The notes below the pieces were generated by a model. It worked only from the letters and a program-made list of their open reading frames with translations, was not told where the DNA came from and searched no databases. The position numbers were made by a program, and so were the translations under genes. Below are positions 32,259 to 41,440 of a DNA stretch of 64,000 nt, piece after piece (position 1 is the first letter of the stretch; every line of letters begins with the position of its first letter). This stretch comes from Porphyridium purpureum (Eukaryota), in NCBI GenBank assembly GCA_008690995.1, contig VRMN01000001.1:2418001-2482000 (forward strand). The letters are read 5' to 3'.

Positions 32259-32447
32259 GGGGCCGGGAGCGCGCTGCCGCGAGCAAGGAAGTGCGCTTAA
32301 TGCAGTGAGAGACCAGGATCGGGGCAGAACGGCAAACAGAGTGGATTGGTTTTGTGCCGGTTTCAATCTCCGAGATTCGAAACGGGGCCGACGAGACGTT
32401 AGGCGAAGGAGCTTGGAGGGTCTTGGCCGAACGGATACGCCGGCAGG

Positions 32448-33812
32448 ATGTTTGGGCTTGATGAGTTTGGGGAAGACCTTGCGTACGCGGATAGCATTGG
32501 GTGGGGCGGGGAGTGGGTCGAGCAGGCGGATAATGATGGGCTCGGGCTGGGCTTGAGCGATTTGCCAGCCGCCGCGTCGCCGTCGCTGAGGCCGCCCCAC
32601 TTTCACGGCAGCGGTACCGTGGGCGCCCTGCGCGGCGGCCATTCGTACGAGAACATGCAGTACTCGGCAGTCGACCAATACGGCCGCCCGCACTACAAGG
32701 GGTTGTACGCCGTGCCGCCCTCCGACGACTTGTTCATGGATTTGCCGCATGCTCTGGGTGCGCACCACGCGCCAGCTCACGCACCGCAACCCGGCGGCGT
32801 CGCTAATGCACAGCCGCACGGACACGGAAGCGCACCACTTGTATCGACCGCGCCTGCATCGCAACCCGTGGGCACGCACAGGGGTCCGAGACTGCAGCTC
32901 GATGGCCATGGCCGCCCTCACTACAAGGGATTGTACGCGCTGGACGACGTGGAGTTGGACGAGGTCGTCGGGCCACTGCACCATGGGTCTGGCCACCCGG
33001 CAATGACCACGGCGACCACGGCGAAGAGGAGGAATGTGGAAATGTCTGAGATGACCTTCTCGACAGTCGATCATCACCGCCCTCACCCGTCCTCGGTCGT
33101 CTCGGGTGTGGCCGCGCCGGTGCCGCACCCACAGCAGCAAGCGCACACTTATGGCGCGCCAAATGCAGCTGCTCTGCCGACACAACAACAGCAGCGCCAT
33201 CACCATCACCACGCAGAGGCGCACATGAATACCGCAGAGCAGGCAGACAATGAGACAATTTCGTCGGCCGCCCTTACTGCGCATGGTGCTGACACCCTCG
33301 CGTCGCGCGTCGTGGGCGGACGCGTCGAAAAACCCAAAGTTCCGCGCAAGAAACCCGCATCCAAACCGGAAAAGGCTGAGCTCGTGAAGGATGCCTCTGT
33401 GTTGAAGGAACTCGAGCAGCTGGCTAGTAAGCCAAAGATTCGCCGGTACAGCAACTCTACGGCGTCGCGCTTTTGCCACATTTGTGCGCGAAGCATGGAT
33501 TCTGTGCGAGCCATCTCGTGCTTCAACACGCTGTTTGGCGTGTGCCGCAAAATCATCTGTGAGAAGTGCTTTGAGCAGTACGGCTGGGACTGGGAAGCCG
33601 CGAGCAAGCCAGGTGCGCGCTGGAGCTGCGCACATTGCAAGGGCATTTGTCCGGAACGAGCGCAGTGCAACACATATAAGCGTACAAACCAACGGCGGCG
33701 GCTGAAAGGTTTGGAAAGGCGCAAGCAACTGGAGGAGCTCTTGATCGCCGGAGGGGCGGACGGAATCTCTGGTCTGTTGGATATGAGAGAAGGCGATGAA
33801 GAGCAGTCTTGA
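32448..33812 (+). CDS. zf-4CXXC_R1 (CDCA7/R1-type) zinc-finger protein
   Basis: C-terminal CHICAR...C......CRKIICEKC...WSCAHCKGICPERAQC. Acidic N-terminus and His/Gln-rich linker. Confidence 0.75.
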   Translation: MFGLDEFGEDLAYADSIGWGGEWVEQADNDGLGLGLSDLPAAASPSLRPPHFHGSGTVGALRGGHSYENMQYSAVDQYGRPHYKGLYAVPPSDDLFMDLPHALGAHHAPAHAPQPGGVANAQPHGHGSAPLVSTAPASQPVGTHRGPRLQLDGHGRPHYKGLYALDDVELDEVVGPLHHGSGHPAMTTATTAKRRNVEMSEMTFSTVDHHRPHPSSVVSGVAAPVPHPQQQAHTYGAPNAAALPTQQQQRHHHHHAEAHMNTAEQADNETISSAALTAHGADTLASRVVGGRVEKPKVPRKKPASKPEKAELVKDASVLKELEQLASKPKIRRYSNSTASRFCHICARSMDSVRAISCFNTLFGVCRKIICEKCFEQYGWDWEAASKPGARWSCAHCKGICPERAQCNTYKRTNQRRRLKGLERRKQLEELLIAGGADGISGLLDMREGDEEQS

Positions 33813-33970
33813 AAACATGGCGTGGATGGATATTTAGATCTTGTCTTGGAAATCATTTGTGAATAGTGTGTTGCGGATTAATGGTAAAATGTTCCTGAGT
33901 GATGAAGTTGTGCTCTACTCACGCGAATCCAGCCAGGGCAAAGGCGGTCTCTCGTTCGGGTCGACGCATG

Positions 33971-34897
33971 TTATCGTTTTAAAAATATGTACAAATCGTC
34001 ACGCGTACCCGCGCGGCAGATTCGAATGCGCCCGTTCAGAAACGAGACGCGTAGAACCGCTTTAGAGTCGCTGCGCATCTCGTGAACGCCCCTGATCAAA
34101 GCCTTTTCGTAAGTCTGCTCCAAAGTATTTCCATCTCGAACGCTGAATGTTCCAATCAGCTTGTTGGTAACCTTGGCGAATCCTGCGCTGTATGCGACCG
34201 TCTCCGCGCTCTCCGCCGAGCCATCTCCGTTGAGCGTTTGCGTCACGCTCTCCAGCACACTGAACGGAAGCAACTTACCGAGCCCGGTGAGGCCTTTGTT
34301 TTTCTTCAGCGCGTCGCTCTGACAAACGAGCAAGTCCCACACTCCAACCAATTTATACTTCGTGACCTTCACGCCAGCGCCGCCGACTGGGACGGCACTC
34401 GTCTTGACGTTTTTGGCATTCTTAGCATTTTTTGCATTTTTGACATTTTTCTTTTTACCGGCGCCTCCAGACGCTAGTGACACTTCGCGGTTCTCTAATG
34501 CCTCTGCAAGTTTCAGCGCTCTCTTGAGCGTTTCCCGATCGCGTAGCGTTTCCCTGCCGGTTTTTGTGTTGGCGTCCACCTCTCGCTTGCCTGTGAATGT
34601 ACCCTCATCCGTGCCCAACACCACGATCCTCTGCTGCTTAAGCACGCCCTCCAGCAGCTGCTCCAACGCTTGCTCCTCCGGGCTTGTAGCACGCTCAACG
34701 GCTCCTGCACTTCGATCCGACTCGGGCGCAGCTTGGACGCGAACGTGAAGCGACGACCGCCACGGGCGCCCAGCCGGCGGTGAGATTCCCACGCGTCTGC
34801 CGTCTATTCGTAGACCTGCGCATCGCAGCTGCTCGCCAGGCTGGGCGCCGCGCACCCAGCATCCCGCGCCGATTCCCACAAACGCCGCACACTCCAT
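33971..34897 (-). CDS. PAP/fibrillin-family plastid lipid-associated protein
   Basis: Transit peptide MECAAFVG..., then LAEALE, KLVGVWDLL, VTQTL and C-terminal LRVSFLNGRIRICRAG...LYIFLK. Contains short KNA/KNV repeats. Confidence 0.72.
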   Translation of the reverse strand: MECAAFVGIGAGCWVRGAQPGEQLRCAGLRIDGRRVGISPPAGRPWRSSLHVRVQAAPESDRSAGAVERATSPEEQALEQLLEGVLKQQRIVVLGTDEGTFTGKREVDANTKTGRETLRDRETLKRALKLAEALENREVSLASGGAGKKKNVKNAKNAKNAKNVKTSAVPVGGAGVKVTKYKLVGVWDLLVCQSDALKKNKGLTGLGKLLPFSVLESVTQTLNGDGSAESAETVAYSAGFAKVTNKLIGTFSVRDGNTLEQTYEKALIRGVHEMRSDSKAVLRVSFLNGRIRICRAGTRDDLYIFLKR

Positions 34898-35027
34898 CGT
34901 CGAGCGTCTTCCATCACAACCTCCCCCACGGCTATCCACGGCGACTCCCAGACATGAGAGTGCAACAAAGGCTATACTTGATCTATATATTAAGTCTTAA
35001 ATTCCCCCTCTCTCCACAACCAAAGAC

Positions 35028-35101
35028 GTCGCCCTGGCCAAATTGGATAAGGCGCCCGGCTACGAACCGGGAGATTGCGGGTTCAAGTCCCGCGGGCGAT
35101 G
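35028..35101 (+). tRNA. trnR-ACG: tRNA-Arg(ACG), intronless
   Basis: Cloverleaf with acceptor GTCGCCC/GGGCGAT, D arm GCC/GGC, anticodon stem CCCGG/CCGGG with CT-ACG-AA loop (ACG 35062-35064) and T arm GCGGG-TTCAAGT-CCCGC. TATA-like run ~40 bp upstream. Confidence 0.95.
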
Positions 35102-35115
35102 CTTGCTTGGAAATA

Positions 35116-35121
35116 TTTTTT
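35116..35121 (+). terminator. Pol III oligo-T terminator of tRNA-Arg
   Basis: T6 run 15 nt after the tRNA 3' end. Confidence 0.7.
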
Positions 35122-35264
35122 GCTGCTGTCGTTGGCCGGGCAAAAGTTTGCTGAGGGGGGAACCAGTGTTTATTTCGGCTGCGCGTCGTTCTTGCGTCGT
35201 CCACCTTGGTGGTGCTCCATTGTCCTCCATTCTTCTTTCTTTTTTTGTGGTCCCACACACTGAC

Positions 35265-36101
35265 ATGCTGCGCGCACGGATAGTGGCTCGCATGCGCGTC
35301 GTCGAGCGCATGCTTGACGCTCGCGACGTGGCGCGCGCGACGAGACTGCACAGACAGGGCGCGTGGCATCGACTTGAAAACCCGAGCGCGCAAACGTTCA
35401 CGCCTGGAAGAGTGGTCTGGAGCGCTGCGCGTTGGTACGGGACAGAGAGAAGCTCAGATGGAGAGGATGACGAGGCAGCGTCTCGTGATACGCGCTTGTA
35501 TGATGGGGACGTGATGCGGGAGGAGCGACTCCGCAAGCAGAGTGAGATGCGCATCGCTGAATTTATGAAACAGGGGTACGGGTATAGTTCGGAAGGTGTA
35601 GAGCAGGTTGAGAGCGAGGACCAGCTCGTGGACAAAGCCATTGCCGCGCAGATGCGCCAGCAGATTCTGGAGGAGGAGCAGCACAACCTCCGCAAGGGCA
35701 CTAAAAAGCTGCCCGTCGTCACCGGCGAACAATTGTCTGTAGGCGAGGTCGTGGAGCTTGTGAAGGACTCGCTCGGTGGTGACATCAAGGTGCTGGACGT
35801 GTCTACAAAGGCGTCATTCACGGACGCTATTATCGTGTGCTCGGCGAAAAGCGTGCGACACTTGTATGCGATAGGGAATACCGTACTCAAGCAGGTACAA
35901 ATGCGAAAGATTCTCGTGAATGGCCGCGTACCCGTGTTAGAAGGCCGTGAGCGCTCGGACAATTGGCTCGTTATGGACGGAGGTGAGTGGGTGCTACATG
36001 TCATGCTGCCCGCGCTTCGCAGAGAAGTGGGCTTGGAAGACTTATGGGGTGCGGACTACGAACCCAGCGGATCGATCGAGGACCACGAAGAGCTAAACTA
36101 A
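35265..36101 (+). CDS. rsfS: Ribosomal silencing factor RsfS/Iojap (MALSU1-like), likely mitochondrial
   Basis: Arg-rich presequence MLRARIVARMR. DIKVLDV..KASFTDAIIVCSAKSVRHL and EG...DNWLVMDGGEWVLHVMLP..R....LEDLW. Confidence 0.88.
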   Translation: MLRARIVARMRVVERMLDARDVARATRLHRQGAWHRLENPSAQTFTPGRVVWSAARWYGTERSSDGEDDEAASRDTRLYDGDVMREERLRKQSEMRIAEFMKQGYGYSSEGVEQVESEDQLVDKAIAAQMRQQILEEEQHNLRKGTKKLPVVTGEQLSVGEVVELVKDSLGGDIKVLDVSTKASFTDAIIVCSAKSVRHLYAIGNTVLKQVQMRKILVNGRVPVLEGRERSDNWLVMDGGEWVLHVMLPALRREVGLEDLWGADYEPSGSIEDHEELN

Positions 36102-36245
36102 CAGCTTGTATTGATAAACACAACCTGGGGGCACAATCTACCCACGCGTACAGCGTGTCGAGCAAAAAAAGTTCAATGACACAGGCCTTCACCAGGAGCC
36201 AACGCTAGATTTGTCCCTCGCCTATCGAATGCAGACAATCGCACC

Positions 36246-36902
36246 TTAAGTGCGTGGCACAAAGTAGATGCCTTCGTTCGTCTTCCACTGCGTGTTGGCC
36301 GACTTTTTGCTTGTACAGCTCACCTCAATATGATTTGCAATCGGGTCTGAGTATTTGTTTTTGGCCAGCGCTTGCAGGCTGCGACCAGTCTGCTTGTGTG
36401 TAAAAGAAACGGTGGCGAATCGTTCCCAAAACGCCTGATCATCCGTACGACACTCAACAATCCAGTTGTCACCGAGATCGCCATTCCCATCATCACCGTA
36501 GCAGCTCACTTCGTAGTTTTTGTAAGGCGATGCATGGTTGTGCGAGTGCAAGTTACGGCGGGTGGTCAGATGCTGCAGTCGAATCGTTGCTCCGCACGGA
36601 ACCGGAGTGCCCTGTGCCTGAGGCGGTTCCTGATGAGCGCTCTTCACCACCCAGAAGCCATTCTCGTCATCGATCTGCGGGTTGCACGATGTGAACTGCT
36701 GAGACGAGCCCGAGCCGTACGCCATGTCCTGCGAAAACAACCGCGTCCCGGTTGGAATATGCTCCAGCTTGATCACTGACCCGTAGGAGACATACCTGAC
36801 TTCTTCTGTGTGTCCATCTTCGCGCGCTCCCAGTACTATCCTCACCAGCCCCAGAGCCACCACAACCGCAAATACCCGCACCATCCGCATCATCTGCGCC
36901 AT
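36246..36902 (-). CDS. SDF2: Stromal cell-derived factor 2-like ER protein (3 MIR domains)
   Basis: Signal peptide, then VSYGSVIKLEH, YGSGSSQQ, CGATIRLQHLTTRRNLHSH, EVSCYG..G.GD.GDNW and WKTNEGIYF. Confidence 0.92.
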   Translation of the reverse strand: MAQMMRMVRVFAVVVALGLVRIVLGAREDGHTEEVRYVSYGSVIKLEHIPTGTRLFSQDMAYGSGSSQQFTSCNPQIDDENGFWVVKSAHQEPPQAQGTPVPCGATIRLQHLTTRRNLHSHNHASPYKNYEVSCYGDDGNGDLGDNWIVECRTDDQAFWERFATVSFTHKQTGRSLQALAKNKYSDPIANHIEVSCTSKKSANTQWKTNEGIYFVPRT

Positions 36903-37240
36903 GCCGATCCCCAAGACAGTTTCTCTTGTTGGAAGAACCTTTTTCCCCTAGCCGCTGCACGTCTTCCCGCGCGCTCCCGGTCGCTCGGCTCCCTGTGCTT
37001 AGCGCAGGAGGAGTAGGACACGCAGCAGGAGGCACAGAAGATGCTCAGCACACGGGTTGTCCGTGGCGGGAAACAGGTTACGCCAGAAATTGTGGTCGCA
37101 GTTGAAGCTCCAAGACCTGGGGTGGCTGGCTGCAATCAGACGCTGCAAGGAAACGGAAAGAAACTTTACAGATGAGAGAACATTGCTGTCTGAGATGAGG
37201 CAGGTGGATACAATGCTGGTACACAAATGGCGCGGCGCTT

Positions 37241-40200
37241 CTACAGCCCGTATACTTGCTGGCCTCTCTGCGAGCTTCGGGCATGTCGAGGTCTGCTTGG
37301 CGTCGTGACAGACGCTGTGCGCGAGTTGAGCTGCTCCTTACTGGGGCGTGGCCCGCGAACCAGTCTCACAGGACTTGCGGTCGCCGTCGGTGCACCCGCG
37401 TCATTTGCGAAGGATCCTTCAATACTCAAGCTCGGCGAGGTTCTTCCTGACCGCAGAGTAGAAGTGTTGATGCCTGTACTTGTGCCTGTGCTGGCCGGCG
37501 GTGTTGGTACGGAACTTCCACCAGCGTGGTTCAAGGCTGCGGACATGCCATTTTCGAGGTTAGTGATATCCTCAAATGGCATCATTTGTGATGGAGACGT
37601 TTGCATCCACGAGTGTTGCCGCTGCAAGAGCCAGCCGTCGATTTGACTGGGGGCTTCTGAATCGGTGTTCTGCGGCCCGCGGCTCGTTTCGCTGAGCGGA
37701 AGCGTGCGTTGTTCAAGCCCGTGAATTTCGGACAAAAACTGCCGACGCAATTCCATGCGGTCCGACGTTTGACAGAACTCACTGGGGTATTTCCACTGCT
37801 TTCTGGCGGGCGTCCATGGCGTACCATGGCTGGTTCCCGTCCCACCACTTCGATTCTCTTGACTATCAACGCGTTGCACATCCCTCTCCACGTACACTTG
37901 CACACGATGCTTCGCGTCAGTGCATGACCGCGAAAACTTTGCGGAAAGCTCGTTGCGAACCAGCTCCTCTACCGTTGCCAGCCCAGTTCCAAACACTTCC
38001 ATCTCTGAGACCAGCTCAGTGCTTGCATTTCGCGCATGTACGCTTAATTCATCGCGTTCGCGAGTAATCGTCTCGAAACCTTCCTGCCATATTTTTGAGC
38101 CCTGCGCGGTATGCTCCGTCAGCTGCGAGAGCATTGAAGTCCCCAGCTGCGTTGCAGTGGCACTACGCACGGCAGCGGTTCCAACCAATTGCACCAAACA
38201 TGTGTCGGCGCCTTTACCTAGCCGATGCTCCGCTGTTTGCTTAATCCCGTTAAAGTGTTCCTGCATTTGCAACGCGTGCTCACGAGCATGCACAGAGTGA
38301 TTTTCCAGCTGATTCATGATGAGCTCTGTCTCATTCTCGACGAGAAGGCGCATGGCTTCGTCGTTGCTGCGCAAAACGTTGTTGACCTTTTTCAAGGCTG
38401 CCCGACCTGCGCCAACTTGCTTGCGCATGCCTGCGTTTTGCTGACTGATGGTCGCCTTCGAGTCATGAACAAACTGTGCCATTGCGGCTTGCACTGCACC
38501 CTGAACCGCTAATTGCATTTTTTCCAACTCGACTGCATGCGTCTGCTCCGTCTCCACGAGGCGCTGCTCTATGTTATCGTGCTGCAAGCTCATCTGCTCG
38601 ACTTCGCGCTTGTAAGCCGCACATGTTTCGCTGAGCAGCTGTGCATGCGCGATTTGAATCCCGTCCAACATCTGACGAATGTGCTGCACACTTTCCTCAC
38701 CCTTTGTGGACGAGCCTTTCATAAGGCTTGCGCACTGCTCCAATTGCTCTAGAACACTGCCGGTCTCTGATGACAACAGCTCTCGCAACTCGCTGACTTG
38801 TGCGCGAATTGCTTCCTGTGCCTCGGCTTCTTCTTCTGCAAAAAGCGCGACCGCGTTCGCCGCACATGTCGAACCCTTTTCGGAACATGCCCAGGCCCGC
38901 TGGTGGAACTCCTGTGTTCGAGCCACCACCCCGCAAAGCGCTTCGTCCAAACGCGCTACCAGTGCGAGCTGCCGCCGACCCGTTTCTGACGACTTGCTGC
39001 CCAGCCGCGCAAGTCCTTGGATGCAGCGTTGGCTTTCGGTCTCCATGTTTTCTTGCATGGCTTCGAGCTTGGCGGATAAGTCCTTGTGCAACGCGGCGCT
39101 TGCTTTCGCGTTCGCGGCATCTACGGTCTTGGCGTTGGCCAAGCGTTCATGCGTTACATTCAAATCGGCAACCGCTTCGCACAAGGTGTCGCGTACGCCA
39201 CATGCCTGCTCAGTAAGAGCACGTTCCGTGTCCTGGAACTGCTTCACCGCGTGCTCCGCCTCGTCACGCTCCAGCTTGGTCTGCTCAAGCCAGTGCTCGC
39301 ACGTTTCAAGTTCGGACACTTTCGCACGAAGGCGATCTTCCGTATCGACCAGCCTGGCCTGTACGCTACTCAGCAAAAGAGCCTGATGTTCACGCGTCTG
39401 CCGCTCGGCCTCCAACTTGAGTGCGGACTCTTCTACCTGCTGAGAGAGCTCCGTGATGCGCTCCCCCTGGCCTTTGTTATTGAGCATCAGCTTTTCATAA
39501 TCCTCTGGAGGAATGAAAATGCCATTCTTGCTGCGCGTGGCGTCCAGCTCGCGCTTGAGACTCGCAATCTCGTCCATGTACTCCTTGATCAGCGCTCGCT
39601 TGGTCATCATCTGGTTGACCTGCGGCCGATTCTTGATGCTCTTCGCGCGATACGCGTACTCCAGCGTGCTCCCAGTTTCTTCAACACTACTTGCACCCGG
39701 CCCAATCGTCGCAATAATGCTTGTCTTGTTTTTGCCGCCCAGCGACTCTTGTAGCAAGCGCGTGAGCTTGCTGTCTCGATAAGGCACGTGCGGGTGCTTT
39801 TCGACGAGCGCGGTAATTACGCGTCCGAGCGTCAGCAGACTCTGGTTAATGTTGCCGGCCTCTCGAGCGCGCTGGTTTTGCGCACCGCTTCGGCGCACAT
39901 CCTCGGAGCCCGCGAGGTCGACGAGGTTCAGCTTGCCAATCTTGAGCAGGTCTTCGCCGTCTGGAGTGGCTTCGCGGATATGAATGGTCACAGTGAACAC
40001 GGAATGCGACCGACTGGAGAACTTGTTCATCAGTGTCTCCGCTGTGCGCCGTTTCTGGGCCGACTTGTCCAGAACTGCAAAGATTTCCTCCTCGGTTCGA
40101 ACCGGGATTTCCTCCAGACCATGGACAAATGTACCCTTGGACGCATCGTCAAAGATACGCAGCGCGTCGGATTCACCCTCGCCACCAACAGATAGGAGGT

Positions 40201-40999
40201 CACTGAGCTGCTCGTTGTAAAGCTCAAGATGTGACACTCTGACTGTATATTCTTCGTGGTGCTCGCGCAAGTAAGAGAAAATGTGACTGATTGCGCGTGG
40301 AATGACGCCGGCGTGCTCAGATACCTTGCGGCGCTCTTCCATGGTTTGCTCCTGAAAGTCTTTTTGCCCTTCCATGGTATGCGTTTTCCCTGTGCCCGTC
40401 TGTCCGTATGCGAAGACAGTGCAATTGTACCCTTGGAGCACCTCCTCAACTATCGGCGCCGCCACATAATCGTACACCTCCTGCTGTGTGCTTTCTGGGC
40501 CAAAGACGCGATCAAATTGGTATTTTCGCTGAGACATGCCGCTGCTTCCGTTGCTCGTACCGCCTGATGTCGCCGTATTCCCGGCGAGGCTGCTTCCAGA
40601 AACGACCGAAGACGATGACAAGGTGCCATTGCGTGTGCTCACAGCCGAAGACGCCTTGCCCGAGTTGGACGCGCCTGTCAGGTGCACAGCATTTGGTGGT
40701 AAGCACGAAACTACGCACCGCTCATTGCCAGTTTTCTCCTTGCTGTTCATCGGTCGGCAGCGCAGGAAAACCTGCACGTTGACGTCCTTTGGTGGCGCGG
40801 GCGCGGCATGATGCGAAGAAGGCGCGCTCGCGTTGCTCGATCCAGCCCCGCCTCCTCCACGCAAATTGCCAGCCGCGAGATCATGACTGGGCACCATAGA
40901 TGCTGTTGACAGCCGCACGTTTCCATTCGTCCCGAGCGACCGCTCGGCGTCCATGACCTCCGTGGTTCTCGTTCGTGCTGATCCCGACCCCACCCCCAT
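37241..40999 (-). CDS. KIF11: Kinesin-5 (BimC/Eg5) mitotic motor
   Basis: VNVQVFLRCRP, GYNCTVFAYGQTGTGKTHTMEG, SSRSHSVF, DLAGSE, HVPYRDSKLTRLLQESLGG, TLEYAYRAKSIKNRPQVNQ, coiled-coil stalk and BimC box (GT...TPARKQWKYP). Confidence 0.95.
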   Translation of the reverse strand: MGVGSGSARTRTTEVMDAERSLGTNGNVRLSTASMVPSHDLAAGNLRGGGGAGSSNASAPSSHHAAPAPPKDVNVQVFLRCRPMNSKEKTGNERCVVSCLPPNAVHLTGASNSGKASSAVSTRNGTLSSSSVVSGSSLAGNTATSGGTSNGSSGMSQRKYQFDRVFGPESTQQEVYDYVAAPIVEEVLQGYNCTVFAYGQTGTGKTHTMEGQKDFQEQTMEERRKVSEHAGVIPRAISHIFSYLREHHEEYTVRVSHLELYNEQLSDLLSVGGEGESDALRIFDDASKGTFVHGLEEIPVRTEEEIFAVLDKSAQKRRTAETLMNKFSSRSHSVFTVTIHIREATPDGEDLLKIGKLNLVDLAGSEDVRRSGAQNQRAREAGNINQSLLTLGRVITALVEKHPHVPYRDSKLTRLLQESLGGKNKTSIIATIGPGASSVEETGSTLEYAYRAKSIKNRPQVNQMMTKRALIKEYMDEIASLKRELDATRSKNGIFIPPEDYEKLMLNNKGQGERITELSQQVEESALKLEAERQTREHQALLLSSVQARLVDTEDRLRAKVSELETCEHWLEQTKLERDEAEHAVKQFQDTERALTEQACGVRDTLCEAVADLNVTHERLANAKTVDAANAKASAALHKDLSAKLEAMQENMETESQRCIQGLARLGSKSSETGRRQLALVARLDEALCGVVARTQEFHQRAWACSEKGSTCAANAVALFAEEEAEAQEAIRAQVSELRELLSSETGSVLEQLEQCASLMKGSSTKGEESVQHIRQMLDGIQIAHAQLLSETCAAYKREVEQMSLQHDNIEQRLVETEQTHAVELEKMQLAVQGAVQAAMAQFVHDSKATISQQNAGMRKQVGAGRAALKKVNNVLRSNDEAMRLLVENETELIMNQLENHSVHAREHALQMQEHFNGIKQTAEHRLGKGADTCLVQLVGTAAVRSATATQLGTSMLSQLTEHTAQGSKIWQEGFETITRERDELSVHARNASTELVSEMEVFGTGLATVEELVRNELSAKFSRSCTDAKHRVQVYVERDVQRVDSQENRSGGTGTSHGTPWTPARKQWKYPSEFCQTSDRMELRRQFLSEIHGLEQRTLPLSETSRGPQNTDSEAPSQIDGWLLQRQHSWMQTSPSQMMPFEDITNLENGMSAALNHAGGSSVPTPPASTGTSTGINTSTLRSGRTSPSLSIEGSFANDAGAPTATASPVRLVRGPRPSKEQLNSRTASVTTPSRPRHARSSQRGQQVYGL

Positions 41000-41185
41000 T
41001 CTTCAGCCAAGGAGGAGTGGACGGACTTCGTCGCGCGACACTATACTCGTCTGGGGAGCGGCGACCGCGCTTCGTTTCCTCGCTGCGTCGAGTGCCAGAG
41101 AAGGTGTTGATCGGTTCGTGAAAAGGTGGTAGCCTTCTTGCAACGACCCGAGGCCTACAGATTCGCAACAGGTGAGATGGACGAC

Positions 41186-41209
41186 TTTGAAAATTTGAAA
41201 ATTTGAAAA
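41186..41209. promoter_or_regulatory. Triple TTTGAA(AA) CHR-like element upstream of kinesin-5
   Basis: TTTGAAAA x3 at 41186, 41194 and 41202, ~190 bp upstream of the kinesin ATG. Confidence 0.5.
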
Positions 41210-41440
41210 AAAAAGGAAGACCCCTGCAAAATGACTGCGTTCTGAGACGCCAGAGTACAGTGCGGATCCTATACGGTACAGTGCAGAGGAAGAAGAGGAT
41301 CCAAGATCCACAAGCTTTTACGCGACTGACAAAACTACAACGCAACTCATAAACTGTACAACAGACATTCGGACAGCGTCGACATACCAAGCGGGCTATG
41401 AACGCTGCTCAAAAGTTGGCGGTGCCGCAAGGGATCTACG

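Noticed and set aside
32148..33818. 556-aa antisense ORF
   Set aside because: Shadow of the zf-4CXXC gene in GC-rich DNA; no recognisable motif.
35043..35264. N-terminal extension of the RsfS ORF from a TTG start
   Set aside because: Overlaps the tRNA-Arg gene; eukaryotic ATG 35265 gives a proper presequence.
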